Assembly (NCBI GenBank): GCA_026395175.1
Contig: JAPLZF010000015.1
Coordinates: 21,066-85,065 of the forward strand
DNA: 64,000 nt
Origin: Candidatus Staskawiczbacteria bacterium
Lineage (GTDB): Bacteria; Patescibacteriota; Minisyncoccia; Minisyncoccales; Staskawiczbacteraceae
Direction of reading: 5' to 3'
A program made the position numbers and the translations under genes. Shown here piece after piece: positions 16,137 through 24,574 of this stretch. Each line of letters begins with the position of its first letter. The first letter of the stretch is position 1. The notes below the pieces were generated by a model that saw only the letters and a list, made by a program, of their open reading frames with translations, was not told the DNA's origin and ran no database searches.

Positions 16137-17293
16137 AACGGAATGAACTTGAATATCGTTCTAATTATGAAAATCCCTAACATCACGATTATTAGGAACT
16201 CAAAAAACTGGATTAAGGGAAATCCTCCAAAAAAGATGTTGATTTTATCTAGGTATGCCTGCGTTGTCGGGAAGATAAGGCCGATCTGGTTGCCCTTTGC
16301 GTAAGATGTATCGGCATTGAAATATCTGAGTGTTTGATTCGCGAATTCGTAGGCGTTGGTAAATATGGGTTCAAAAAATCCTTCTATTGAGTCGGCGAAA
16401 TCAGAAGGGGCGGAATATCCGCCTGCGGAGTTTTGCGTGTACCAAGTGTTCCAATTGGTAAAATTATAAGGTTCGGAATTACCGGAAATATTGGCAATTA
16501 AGGCGTATGTCGGGCTGGGCGTTAAATCTACATAAGTGTTAGCGTCTTGCTCTTGCTCGGCTGCTAAATCCCAAGTTCCGTTTTCCGTAATGCCAAACGA
16601 GGAAAAAGGTATAGAAAAGTTGCCGCTTGAACCCGATAAAGTTATTGAATAAACATTTGAATTAAATCCATTGTTTGGATTTCTTAATTTAATGTGTAAA
16701 TATCCATATCCATAAAACCCTTGTGTAAGCGCGGCATAACTGCCGACAATGTTTGTGTTGTTGCTTGTAATAGTAGTGCCACTTGCAGGCGTAGATATAG
16801 TGAGTGTCGGCGATGTAGGCGGCAAAGAGCAGTCGCCCATATGTGCCGTTGTGCCGTCCCAGTAAAAAATGCAGTAAGACGGCGTCCAATTATTGTATTG
16901 CGGACAACCAGGAGCATTTGCGAGAACATAATTACCCGTAGGTTGCCCTGCTAATTCTGTGTGCATTGCTACGTGTTGTCCGCACCTGCCTTGAAAGTTT
17001 TCGTAATAACCATTTAACCCGCTGACATAATCCAAAGACGGCTGATTATGCGAGGGATAATATCCTTGAAAAAAAGCATATAAAGCAGTGTATGTGCAGT
17101 CCGAACCACCACTGGCAGGAACGAAAACATCACCTGAAAAATATGCCGCGAAAGAGCCAGAAACCGACGCCCCATACATTTGAGGATAATAAAGATAATA
17201 TGTTGTGGCGGCGTGGGAAACGCCGGCTACCGAAAAAGAAACACAACAAAGGGTGAATATAGCGATCAGTTTTAGTGTTTTAGTGACTGTCAT
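16127..17293 (-). CDS. Secreted Cys-containing protein with a C-terminal membrane anchor (g3p-like architecture)
   Basis: 388 aa. Signal peptide is MTVTKTLKLIAIFTLCCVSFSVAGVSHA. The N-terminal half contains Cys, with S/T/N/G-rich segments. The C-terminal hydrophobic anchor is FLIIVMLGIFIIRTIFKFIPFFG. Confidence 0.5.
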   Translation of the reverse strand: MTVTKTLKLIAIFTLCCVSFSVAGVSHAATTYYLYYPQMYGASVSGSFAAYFSGDVFVPASGGSDCTYTALYAFFQGYYPSHNQPSLDYVSGLNGYYENFQGRCGQHVAMHTELAGQPTGNYVLANAPGCPQYNNWTPSYCIFYWDGTTAHMGDCSLPPTSPTLTISTPASGTTITSNNTNIVGSYAALTQGFYGYGYLHIKLRNPNNGFNSNVYSITLSGSSGNFSIPFSSFGITENGTWDLAAEQEQDANTYVDLTPSPTYALIANISGNSEPYNFTNWNTWYTQNSAGGYSAPSDFADSIEGFFEPIFTNAYEFANQTLRYFNADTSYAKGNQIGLIFPTTQAYLDKINIFFGGFPLIQFFEFLIIVMLGIFIIRTIFKFIPFFG

Positions 17294-17295
17294 AG

Positions 17296-17598
17296 TTAAA
17301 AATCAACGAGGCGGCGGAATATAAAAATTAAAATCATTATTGCTAGTCCGGCACCGCATGCGTACTCAATAACCGAGAAATATGGAATTGCGTTAAACAC
17401 TGCCATTATGTTGTTGGGAAAAACCCAGCTCACAGCAGTTGCCGGCGGAGTGCTTGCTATACCGTCAAAAAAGCCCTTTGCGAAATTAAAGAGCCCTGTC
17501 AGCGGCGCGAACAAGTATCCAAACAAAGATCCGATATTTGAAAAAATATATCGGGCTACATTGAAGCAGTCAAAGGCAATATGCAATATATCGTCCAT
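17296..17598 (-). CDS. Polytopic small membrane protein (100 aa; g6p-like size and hydrophobicity)
   Basis: ORF track. It has 2-3 hydrophobic segments and stops 3 nt before the 388-aa gene start. Confidence 0.45.
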   Translation of the reverse strand: MDDILHIAFDCFNVARYIFSNIGSLFGYLFAPLTGLFNFAKGFFDGIASTPPATAVSWVFPNNIMAVFNAIPYFSVIEYACGAGLAIMILIFIFRRLVDF

Positions 17599-17604
17599 GG
17601 GTTT

Positions 17605-17760
17605 TTAATGTCCTCTTATCGCAGAAACTATGGCGTAGAAAACAATCAGCCCAATGCCTATGCCGATGATTATCGTGAGTAGCGGAGTTAAATCAGTAAT
17701 CAAACCCGTGATGTTCGACATCATGGTGTTTGTCATATCGGAAGTCCAAGTTAAAAACAT
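17605..17760 (-). CDS. Coat-protein-like small hydrophobic protein, paralog 3 (51 aa)
   Basis: Own translation: MFLTWTSDMTNTMMSNITGLITDLTPLLTIIIGIGIGLIVFYAIVSAIRGH. It shares the pattern N(I/V)(T/S)G.I.DL.P.LTI..G..IG with the 17777-17950 ORF. Below the ORF-track length cutoff. Confidence 0.45.
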   Translation of the reverse strand: MFLTWTSDMTNTMMSNITGLITDLTPLLTIIIGIGIGLIVFYAIVSAIRGH

Positions 17761-17776
17761 AGAAGTATAATTTTAA

Positions 17777-17950
17777 TCATTGTGGCCGGTCATGTCGCCA
17801 ACTGATAACTGCGGAAATCACTGCCTCTAGAATAAAAAATCCGATTACGACGCCAAGCAATATCGTCAAAAAAGGCCATAGATCATTAATGATCCCGCTG
17901 ATGTTTGCCGTGACATTGCTGAAAGCCGTTGTTGGTAGCGAAACAATCAT
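17777..17950 (-). CDS. Coat-protein-like small hydrophobic protein, paralog 2 (57 aa)
   Basis: Start moved to MIVSLPTTAFSNVTANISGIINDLWPFLTILLGVVIGFFILEAVISAVISWRHDRPQ. The upstream 15 codons in the ORF track only translate a GC hairpin. Confidence 0.45.
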   Translation of the reverse strand: MIVSLPTTAFSNVTANISGIINDLWPFLTILLGVVIGFFILEAVISAVISWRHDRPQ

Positions 17951-17964
17951 AGTTTGTTGCCGGC

Positions 17965-17992
17965 GCCGGGCCCGCCTCTCAACGGGCCCGGC
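17965..17992 (-). terminator. Strong GC hairpin just after the first coat-like gene
   Basis: GCCGGGCCCG-cctctcaa-CGGGCCCGGC, a perfect 10-bp stem, lies between the stop at 18005 and the next start at 17950. No U-run follows, so it may act as an attenuator or processing site instead. Confidence 0.4.
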
Positions 17993-18004
17993 CACCGTTC
18001 GCTT

Positions 18005-18238
18005 TTAGTGTTTAGGAATCAAAGCGATAACCTTGCGGATAATATAGAAGCCCATTGGGATACCGATTGCCAAGGCAACCAACACCCAGACATCTGTCAT
18101 TATCTGGCTGGCGTTTCCAGTCAAATCCGCAACTGCGGTTGAGGGCAGAGTGATTAACTCACCGGCCGCAAAGGTTGAAAGGGCTAACCCAAACAAACCT
18201 GTTGCGACTGCACCTGCACCGACCGCAAACTTTTTCAT
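18005..18238 (-). CDS. Major-coat-protein-like small protein, paralog 1 (signal peptide plus ~53-aa mature part)
   Basis: From the internal Met: MKKFAVGAGAVATGLFGLALSTFA / AGELITLPSTAVADLTGNASQIMTDVWVLVALAIGIPMGFYIIRKVIALIPKH. This gives a signal peptide, an amphipathic N-terminus, one TM and a basic C-terminus, like the inovirus g8p layout. Confidence 0.5.
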   Translation of the reverse strand: MKKFAVGAGAVATGLFGLALSTFAAGELITLPSTAVADLTGNASQIMTDVWVLVALAIGIPMGFYIIRKVIALIPKH

Positions 18239-18320
18239 TGTGGAAAACATTAAACTACGAGGACAATGATTTTTAATTTTTCGACCTTTATACAACAAAA
18301 ATTTGTTGTTACTTTGTGGT

Positions 18321-18354
18321 AAAACAAAAGTCCGATGTCTTGCGACATCGGACT
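18321..18354 (-). terminator. Rho-independent terminator of gap
   Basis: Perfect 11-bp stem AGTCCGATGTC-ttgc-GACATCGGACT, followed on the minus strand by TTTTGTTTT, 24 nt after the gap stop. Confidence 0.75.
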
Positions 18355-18377
18355 AATACACTTTTATTTTTTTTGGC

Positions 18378-19379
18378 CTAGAGTTTCTTACCCACGAACT
18401 CTGCAAATTCAGCCAATCGACAACTGTACCCCCATTCATTGTCGTACCAGCCAACAACTTTCACCAGGTTGTCTTTTACCATTGTTTCCTCAACGTCAAC
18501 AATAGACGAATAAGTGTCTCCCTTAAAATCCATTGAAACCAACGGCTCTTCTTCAACCCGCAAAATTCCTTTGAAATTTTTTGATGAGGCTGCTTTTCTA
18601 AATGCTTCGTTTACTTCATCTTTTGTTGTTGGTTTTTTTACTTCAACAATTAAATCTAACAAAGAAACAACTGGGGTTGGAACACGCACTGCAATTCCAT
18701 CAAGCTTTCCGTTTAATTCCGGAATCATTTTGCCAATTGCTTTTGCCGCCCCGGTTGAAGTTGGAATTATGTTTAACGCGGCAGCCCTGGCACGCCTTAA
18801 ATCTTTATGTGGCAGGTCAAGAATTTTTTGGTCGTTTGTATAGCTGTGAACTGTTGTCATAAATCCTTTTTCAATGGAAAATGCATCGTTTAAAACCTTG
18901 GCAATTGGAGCCAGGCAATTTGTGGTGCAGGAACCCATGTCCATTATATCATTTTTTGCAGGGTCAAATGTGTCTGCGTTAACTCCCAAAACAAACCCAG
19001 GCAAATCTTTGCAGGGAGCCGAAACAATAACTTTTTTTGCTCCGGCTTTAATGTGTTTTCTGGCTCCGGAGTCGTCTGTAAATAATCCTGTGCACTCTAA
19101 AACAATATCAACTCCCATTTTTGCCCATGGCAATTTTTCAGGGTCTTTTTCTGCCAAAACCAAAAATTTATTTTTTCCAACTGAAATAGAATTCTCGTCT
19201 GCAAAAATTTCTTTTCCGTAATTTCCGTAGTTTGAGTCGTATTTTAAAAGATGAGCCAGAGTTTTATTGTCTGTCAAATCATTTATTGCCACAACTTCCA
19301 AATTATATTTTCCAAAATCAATAATTTTGAAAACTTGCCGGCCAATTCGGCCAAAACCATTTATTGCAACTTTTGTCAT
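18378..19379 (-). CDS. gap: Glyceraldehyde-3-phosphate dehydrogenase, type I
   Basis: 333 aa. Contains INGFGRIGR (NAD binding) and the active-site SCTTNCLAP, with a [10 protein letters not shown]-terminus. Confidence 0.95.
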   Translation of the reverse strand: MTKVAINGFGRIGRQVFKIIDFGKYNLEVVAINDLTDNKTLAHLLKYDSNYGNYGKEIFADENSISVGKNKFLVLAEKDPEKLPWAKMGVDIVLECTGLFTDDSGARKHIKAGAKKVIVSAPCKDLPGFVLGVNADTFDPAKNDIMDMGSCTTNCLAPIAKVLNDAFSIEKGFMTTVHSYTNDQKILDLPHKDLRRARAAALNIIPTSTGAAKAIGKMIPELNGKLDGIAVRVPTPVVSLLDLIVEVKKPTTKDEVNEAFRKAASSKNFKGILRVEEEPLVSMDFKGDTYSSIVDVEETMVKDNLVKVVGWYDNEWGYSCRLAEFAEFVGKKL

Positions 19380-19388
19380 ACTTTTGAT

Positions 19389-19455
19389 TTACCCAGTTAA
19401 ATAATTTTGCCCTGCAAAATTAAAATCTTCTGGATTTTATTTAACAGGGTGAATT
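19389..19455. repeat. Nested-palindrome repeat, copy 1 (between the gap start and the grx stop)
   Basis: TTTACCCAGTTAAAT-AATTTTGCCCTGCAAAATT-AAAATCTTCTGGATTTT-ATTTAACAGGGTGAAT. This is terminal inverted repeats enclosing two hairpins. The right end encodes the grx C-terminus ...IHPVK plus its stop. Confidence 0.8.
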
Positions 19456-19676
19456 TTTAATAATTTATCTATTTTTTCTTTATCAAAACCAATTATAATT
19501 TCTCCGTCTATGTCAACAACCGGCACTCCCATTTGGCCGGAATCTTTTATCATTTTTTGCAATTGTTTTTCATCTTTCGATATGTCAATATCCTCGAATT
19601 CAATATTGTTTTTTTTGAAATATCCTTTCAAAGTTTTGCAATAAACACAGGTTGGTGTGGAGTATATTTTGTTCAT
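19437..19676 (-). CDS. Glutaredoxin/NrdH-like small redoxin
   Basis: 79 aa. Has the CVYC (CxxC) motif in MNKIYSTPTCVYCKTLK and a GVPVV motif typical of the glutaredoxin fold. Confidence 0.8.
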   Translation of the reverse strand: MNKIYSTPTCVYCKTLKGYFKKNNIEFEDIDISKDEKQLQKMIKDSGQMGVPVVDIDGEIIIGFDKEKIDKLLKIHPVK

Positions 19677-19677
19677 A

Positions 19678-20754
19678 TTATTGGGCAGGAGCGCAGTTGG
19701 CGCCGGTAGAGCCGGAATTTCCCGAGGCCGAACCAGATGAGCTGTACATTGCCGAAAAAGATGATGCAGCTGCGGTTGTGTTTAATTTTGTGGAGCAGAA
19801 GCTTGGTTTTGTTGTAAAACCGGCGCACGCCATTGATTTGACTCCGTCTGAAGACCTGCCTCCATAACCTGTTTCGTCAATTACAACTCCGTTTAAAATT
19901 AAAGTTGGCGAACCCTGAACATCATATTTTGTCGCCAAAGCAAAATCTTTTTGGGCATAAGCTATTCCTTTGCTCGGGTCTGAAGCGCAGGAATTTAATT
20001 TTGCTGAATCCACACCGGTGGAAGTTTCGCATCCTGCCGTGTCCCCTGTTTTCATTTGGCAGGAAACATAATTCCAATATTTTGCCGGCTGTTCTTCCCT
20101 AATGCAAATTTGCCTTAAATTTTCTGTTGCCTCTGCATCGCCGTGCATTGAAACCAACTTGTTGCCGGAAACAGAACCAATATATCTGACTTTTATATAT
20201 TGAGCCAAAGCCGGTAAATTTTTGACTGCATCAGCCATTGCTCTCTGCATTTGCAGGCCATAAGGGCATCGCGCCACAACAAAGGCTTCCAGCATTGGAT
20301 TTGCTGTTTTTGTAACAGACGCGGTTGGCTGGTTTGAGCCCGTGTCTGTGTTTGCGCTTGCATTTTCTGATGTAGAGGCGCTAGTTTTTTTTGGGCTCAT
20401 ATCAAAAGCCTGCGGAAATAATAATTTTCCATCTTTTGTGGCGTATGAATCAAATTCTGTTGTTCCAATTTTTATTTTTACTTTAACCAATCCCGATGCT
20501 TCGGAAACACTTACCAATGAAGCCGGCGTTGCTGCCAACTGATTGTCATTGATATATTTTATGGCTTGTTCCCCAATTTGTTTGTCTGAATAACCAAAAA
20601 TGCTTGAAATAGAAAAGCTGTGATTTTGATTGGCATAAATCAATCCACCGGTTATTATAATTGCAATTATTGCGATACAGACAAGAATAGTATTCCTATT
20701 CATTTTTTTCAGCTTGTTTATCAGCGAGCTGAATATGTTTTTAAAATTATACAT
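19678..20754 (-). CDS. Membrane-anchored DsbA-like thioredoxin-fold protein
   Basis: 358 aa. N-terminal TM, S/T-rich linker, then a DsbA-like region: VVARCPYGLQ...QGSPTLILNG. It has a single-Cys CPYG rather than CxxC, so the activity is uncertain. Confidence 0.55.
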   Translation of the reverse strand: MYNFKNIFSSLINKLKKMNRNTILVCIAIIAIIITGGLIYANQNHSFSISSIFGYSDKQIGEQAIKYINDNQLAATPASLVSVSEASGLVKVKIKIGTTEFDSYATKDGKLLFPQAFDMSPKKTSASTSENASANTDTGSNQPTASVTKTANPMLEAFVVARCPYGLQMQRAMADAVKNLPALAQYIKVRYIGSVSGNKLVSMHGDAEATENLRQICIREEQPAKYWNYVSCQMKTGDTAGCETSTGVDSAKLNSCASDPSKGIAYAQKDFALATKYDVQGSPTLILNGVVIDETGYGGRSSDGVKSMACAGFTTKPSFCSTKLNTTAAASSFSAMYSSSGSASGNSGSTGANCAPAQ

Positions 20755-20808
20755 ATTTTTTATTTTAATAATATTTTAATAATAGTTTATTATATTACAT
20801 TATAATTT

Positions 20809-21405
20809 TTATGCAAACTTTGTATATTTATTTCCGTCAAAATCATATTTAATCAAAGCGCCAAAGGGCAATTCCAAGTCAATAATTTTTTCGTCATCAA
20901 TACCTTCGGCATATTTTACAATTGCCCGCAAACTGTTATGACTGGCAACAACTAAAATATTTTTTCCGGCTTTCAAATCTTTTTCAATGTATTCCTTAAA
21001 AAATGGGACTGCTCTTTTATACACATTTTCCAAAGATTCTCCCCCCGGCGGAGCCACATTCCAGCTTCTTCTCCACAAATGTACTTTTTCCTCACCATAT
21101 TTTTCAATTGTTTCCTCTTTATTCAAGCCCTGCAACTCACCATAATTTCTTTCGTCCAGCGCTTTATCAATAACTATCGGTAAATCTTTTGCGCCTAAAT
21201 TATTTAAAATCAACGAAACGGTTTCCTTATTTCTAATCAACGGCGAAGTATAAATTTTATCTATTTTTTCGCCAGACAATTTTTCGGCAATTCTTTTGGC
21301 ACTCTCAATTCCCTCCTCGCACAACGGCACATCTGTCCAGCCAGTAAATCTATTTTCTAGGTTCCACTGCGATTTTAAATGCCTTAATAAAAATAATTTT
21401 GCCAT
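20809..21405 (-). CDS. gpmA: Histidine-phosphatase family protein, 2,3-BPG-dependent phosphoglycerate-mutase-like
   Basis: 198 aa. LLRHLKSQWNLENRFTGWTDVPL matches the dPGM RHGxSxWN..NRFTGW motif, and a second His region SHNSLRA is present. It is shorter than typical GpmA. Confidence 0.75.
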   Translation of the reverse strand: MAKLFLLRHLKSQWNLENRFTGWTDVPLCEEGIESAKRIAEKLSGEKIDKIYTSPLIRNKETVSLILNNLGAKDLPIVIDKALDERNYGELQGLNKEETIEKYGEEKVHLWRRSWNVAPPGGESLENVYKRAVPFFKEYIEKDLKAGKNILVVASHNSLRAIVKYAEGIDDEKIIDLELPFGALIKYDFDGNKYTKFA

Positions 21406-21415
21406 ATAAAATGTA

Positions 21416-21505
21416 GCGAGGCAATAAACTTTTTGTAGGCCCAGGTCGACTTGCCCGAAGAGGCAAAGCGAGTTCCTGCTTGCCGAAAAAAGTTTGTTGT
21501 CGAGC
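21416..21505. repeat. GC-richer imperfect palindromic intergenic element
   Basis: Outer arms are GCGAGGCAATAAACTTTTT and AAAAAAGTTTGTTGTCGAGCG (imperfect). Inner hairpins are TTGCC-cgaaga-GGCAA and GGCAAAGC..GCTTGCC. It fills the eno-gpmA spacer. Confidence 0.5.
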
Positions 21506-21507
21506 GA

Positions 21508-22734
21508 TTATTTAAGTTCTTTTTCTATTTCTAATAATCTTTGATATTTTACCATTCTTTCTTCTTTTGCAGGAGAACCGGCCTTCAAAAAGTCTGCCCC
21601 CAACCCAACTGCCAAGTCTGCAATAAAATTGTCCATAGTCTCACCACTGCGATGCGATACAATTGTTTTCCATCCATAAGATTTTGCTAAATTACAAGCC
21701 TCTATTGTTTCAGAAACCGTCCCAATTTGATTTAATTTTAAAATAACTCCATTGCAAGCCAATTTATTATGCGCCTCTTTTATTCTTTTAATATTTGTTG
21801 TTGTCAGGTCGTCTCCAACAATAGTAATTTTTTCGCCTAATTGTCGCACAATAGATTCAAAACCTTGCCAATCTTCTTGTGAAAATGGATCTTCAATGGA
21901 AATTATGTCAAATCTTTTTACTAAATCCTCATAAAATTCCAAAAGTTCTGTTCTTGCCAATTCCCTGCCGTCTATTTTATATTTTCCATCCTTATAAAAT
22001 TCCGAAGCCGCGCAATCTAAAGCAAATTTTACATCTGTTTCGCCATCAACTGCATTTTTCAACAAATAAAGCGCTTGTTCAATGTTTGAAATTGGAGGAG
22101 CAAATCCCCCTTCATCTCCCAAATCCAAATTTTCTTTTCCAAAATTTTTCTCAATATTTTCTTTTAAATTATTAAATATTTTGTTGCACGAAATCAAACT
22201 TTCTGCAAAAGAATTTTTATCAGGAATAACCATAAATTCCTGAATTGCCAATTTGTCCACCCCTCGACTGTCGCTCGGGGTCCTTCGGACATGCGCCCCG
22301 CCATTCAAAATATTAAACATCGCCATCGGAAGTCGGTGGGACGTCCGACGTCCCACCGCTAACTCTGAAATGTGTTGATATAAGGGAATTTTTTTAGAGG
22401 CGGCACCCGCTCGGCAAACTGCCAAAGAAACAGCTAAAATTGCATTGGCTCCCAGCTTTGACTTGTTTTCAGTTCCGTCTAATTCAATTAAAAGGTTGTC
22501 TATTGCCTTTTGATTTAATACGTCCTGGCCCTTTAATTTTGGTGCAATAATTTCATTTACGTTTTTAATTGCCTGCTGAACTTCAACAACAGCTGCTTCA
22601 TTTACTCCAGTAGAAGCACCACTTGGCACAGAATCAACAAATATTCCCTTATCTGTTTCCAGCTCAACTTCAATAGTCGGATTCCCTCGTGAATCCTTAA
22701 TCTCCCTCGCAACTATGCTTTTTATTTTACTCAT
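21508..22734 (-). CDS. eno: Enolase (phosphopyruvate hydratase)
   Basis: 408 aa. Contains AREIKDSRGNPTIEVE, SGASTG, DDLTTTN, SHRSGET and LLEIE. It also carries two GC-rich palindromic in-frame segments (see findings). Confidence 0.95.
   Translation of the reverse strand: MSKIKSIVAREIKDSRGNPTIEVELETDKGIFVDSVPSGASTGVNEAAVVEVQQAIKNVNEIIAPKLKGQDVLNQKAIDNLLIELDGTENKSKLGANAILAVSLAVCRAGAASKKIPLYQHISELAVGRRTSHRLPMAMFNILNGGAHVRRTPSDSRGVDKLAIQEFMVIPDKNSFAESLISCNKIFNNLKENIEKNFGKENLDLGDEGGFAPPISNIEQALYLLKNAVDGETDVKFALDCAASEFYKDGKYKIDGRELARTELLEFYEDLVKRFDIISIEDPFSQEDWQGFESIVRQLGEKITIVGDDLTTTNIKRIKEAHNKLACNGVILKLNQIGTVSETIEACNLAKSYGWKTIVSHRSGETMDNFIADLAVGLGADFLKAGSPAKEERMVKYQRLLEIEKELK
22258..22303. repeat. 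GC-rich in-frame insert in eno (encodes ..HVRRTPSDSRGVD..)
   Basis: CCACCCCTCGACTGTCGCTCGGGGTCCTTCGGACATGCGCCCCGCC. E. coli enolase reads GGEHADNNVDIQEF here, so this copy is about 9 aa longer. Confidence 0.6.
22335..22359. repeat. Perfect 12-1-12 palindrome inside eno (encodes ..GRRTSHRL..)
   Basis: CGGTGGGACGTC-C-GACGTCCCACCG. It is GC-rich in an AT-rich gene and lies in a variable enolase loop. Confidence 0.7.
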
Positions 22735-23687
22735 TTGCTATTACTATTTAATTTTCGCAAATAATCGTAGGCGGCAAGAGCGGTTTTACATCCTTCGCCG
22801 GCTGCCGTAACAATTTGTTTGTATGGTCCGGAATTATTGTCGCCGGCGGCAAAAAGTCCCGGGGTTTTTGTGGCAAATGTTTCATTTTCAACAACAATTT
22901 CATCTCTTTTTGTAAAATCAACCAATCCTTTCGCCAAAGCTGTGGCTGGCTGGTGTCCAATTTCTATAAAAACTCCTTCTACTTGCAGAGTTTTTACCTG
23001 CCCTGAGCCTGTCGAAGGGTCTTTTGAAACATTGTCTTCGTAAACCAGCGAGTTTACAAAATTTTCTCCCTTAATTTCTTTTACAACAGCATTTGTAATA
23101 ATTTCAATTTTGCCGGATTCTTTGGCGTCTTTTTGATTTATTTCATCTGCTTTTATATCCGGTCCAAATTCTAAAACATAAATTTTTGTAGCGTAATTTG
23201 TCATAAATAAAGCAGCTTCCATCCCAGCGTTTCCTCCGCCAATTACTGCTATTGTTTTATTTCTAAATATTGGACCGTCGCAAGTAACGCAATAACTTAT
23301 TCCTTTGCCTATAAATTCTTTTTCGCCAACAGCTTCCAACGGCCTTGGATCCACTCCTGTTGCAATAATAACAGACTTACTTTCAAGTTTTTCATTATCC
23401 GTAGTTATAATTGTAAAAATGTCGTTGTTTTTTTCTATTTTTTCTGCCTCTGAAAATTTTACTTCAACAGATTCTTGTTTTTCTAAATGTTCAACAAATT
23501 TATCTATAAGCTCCATTCCAGAGATTCTTTCAAAACCCGGATAATTGCAAACTTCTGTGGCTTTTTTTGCCGTTTGCCCGCCAAACTCTTTTGTGATTAA
23601 AAGCGTTTTCATTTTTTGACGGCCGGCATAAATTCCGGCTGTAATTCCAGCCGGTCCGCCTCCAATAATAATCAGGTCGTAAATCAT
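22731..23687 (-). CDS. trxB: Thioredoxin-disulfide reductase
   Basis: 318 aa. Contains IIGGGPAG, the redox-active CVTCDG and VIGGGNAGMEAA (NADPH site). It overlaps the eno start by 4 nt. Confidence 0.9.
   Translation of the reverse strand: MIYDLIIIGGGPAGITAGIYAGRQKMKTLLITKEFGGQTAKKATEVCNYPGFERISGMELIDKFVEHLEKQESVEVKFSEAEKIEKNNDIFTIITTDNEKLESKSVIIATGVDPRPLEAVGEKEFIGKGISYCVTCDGPIFRNKTIAVIGGGNAGMEAALFMTNYATKIYVLEFGPDIKADEINQKDAKESGKIEIITNAVVKEIKGENFVNSLVYEDNVSKDPSTGSGQVKTLQVEGVFIEIGHQPATALAKGLVDFTKRDEIVVENETFATKTPGLFAAGDNNSGPYKQIVTAAGEGCKTALAAYDYLRKLNSNSK
22996..23021. repeat. Short GC-rich repeat, copy in trxB (encodes DPSTGSGQV)
   Basis: Plus strand is ACCTGCCCTGAGCCTGTCGAAGGGTC. The coding sense is CCCTTCGACAGGCTCAGGGCAGGTAAAA. 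Confidence 0.7.
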
Positions 23688-24562
23688 TTTATGGTTTTTA
23701 AGTATTCTTTTAATTCTTTGTTAAATCTTGGGTCTTTCAACGCCAGAAAGAAAAAAGATTTTAACCATTTCAATTTATCTCCGCATTCCAGCCACTCGCC
23801 TTTCAATTCGCATCCGTAAATTGTTTTTCCTTCCAGAAGCATTTTGTCAAAAACTTCAGCCAAAATTATTTCTCCTTTTTTAGACGGAGTCGCTTTTTTC
23901 AAATATTTAAAAACTTCCGGAGTTAAAAAAAATTTTAAAACAAATAACAAATTATACGGAATTTACGAAGGCTCGGGCTTTTCTATAATTTTTTTGATTT
24001 TGTATAAATTATTGGCAATTTTTTCAACAGCAACAACTCCATAAGCCGGCACTTTTTCCCTTGGCAATTGTTTTAAAGCCAGCACCGGAGCATTGCAAGT
24101 CTTGAAAACATTTATAAGCTGGGCAATTGCAGGCTCTTCTGCATAAACAACGTCATCTCCAAAAGAAACAGCAACGGGCTCTCCATTTGTCTGTTTTGCT
24201 GCCTGCAAAAGGGCATGACCGTCGCCAAGCGGTTCTTTCTGCACGGCATAAGAAAAAGTAATTCCGGCAAACATTTCTTCAAGGTCTTTCAATTCTTTCA
24301 GGGCATTGTCTCTTTTTCTTTTTACCAGTAATTTTTCAAGCTCGGGAGATTTCTTAAAATAATTCTGAATATTTTTCTGCCCGGGACTGACAACAAAAAT
24401 TACTTCCTTAATTCCGGACTTTTTAACTTCTTCCAAAATATATTGGATGACCGGCTTGTCAACCAAAGGAAAAAAATCCTTAGGCACGGCCCGCGACAGC
24501 GGCAAAAACCTGGTGCCTAATCCCGCAACCGGAATAATAACTTTTTTTATATCTTCTGACAT
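23684..24562 (-). pseudogene. galU: UTP-glucose-1-phosphate uridylyltransferase (GalU-type) interrupted by one in-frame TAA
   Basis: The N-terminal part (23963-24562) carries PVAGLGTRFLP and VEKP-type IIEKPEPS. TAA at 23963-23965 is in the same frame as the C-terminal part (23684-23950; LTPEVF...GEI.LAEV...ECGDKLKW). Read-through gives EKPEPS*IPYNLLFVLKFFLTPEVF. Confidence 0.7.
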
Positions 24563-24574
24563 AATTTTTAATTG

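Larger units (their letters stand above)
12633..18298 (-). mobile_element. Phage-derived block (ParB-MTase, DUF5681-like, coupled mini-ORFs, inovirus-like structural genes); probably incomplete
   Basis: All genes are on one strand and many are coupled by ATGA overlaps. The content is phage-typical. It is bounded on the right by the gap terminator. No Zot/pI ATPase, Rep or terminase was detected. Confidence 0.45.

Noticed and set aside
12633-18298. Calling the block a complete inovirus prophage
   Set aside because: No Zot/pI-type ATPase, HUH replication protein or ssDNA-binding protein could be recognised, and no att direct repeats were found. Only the structural-gene-like part supports the idea.
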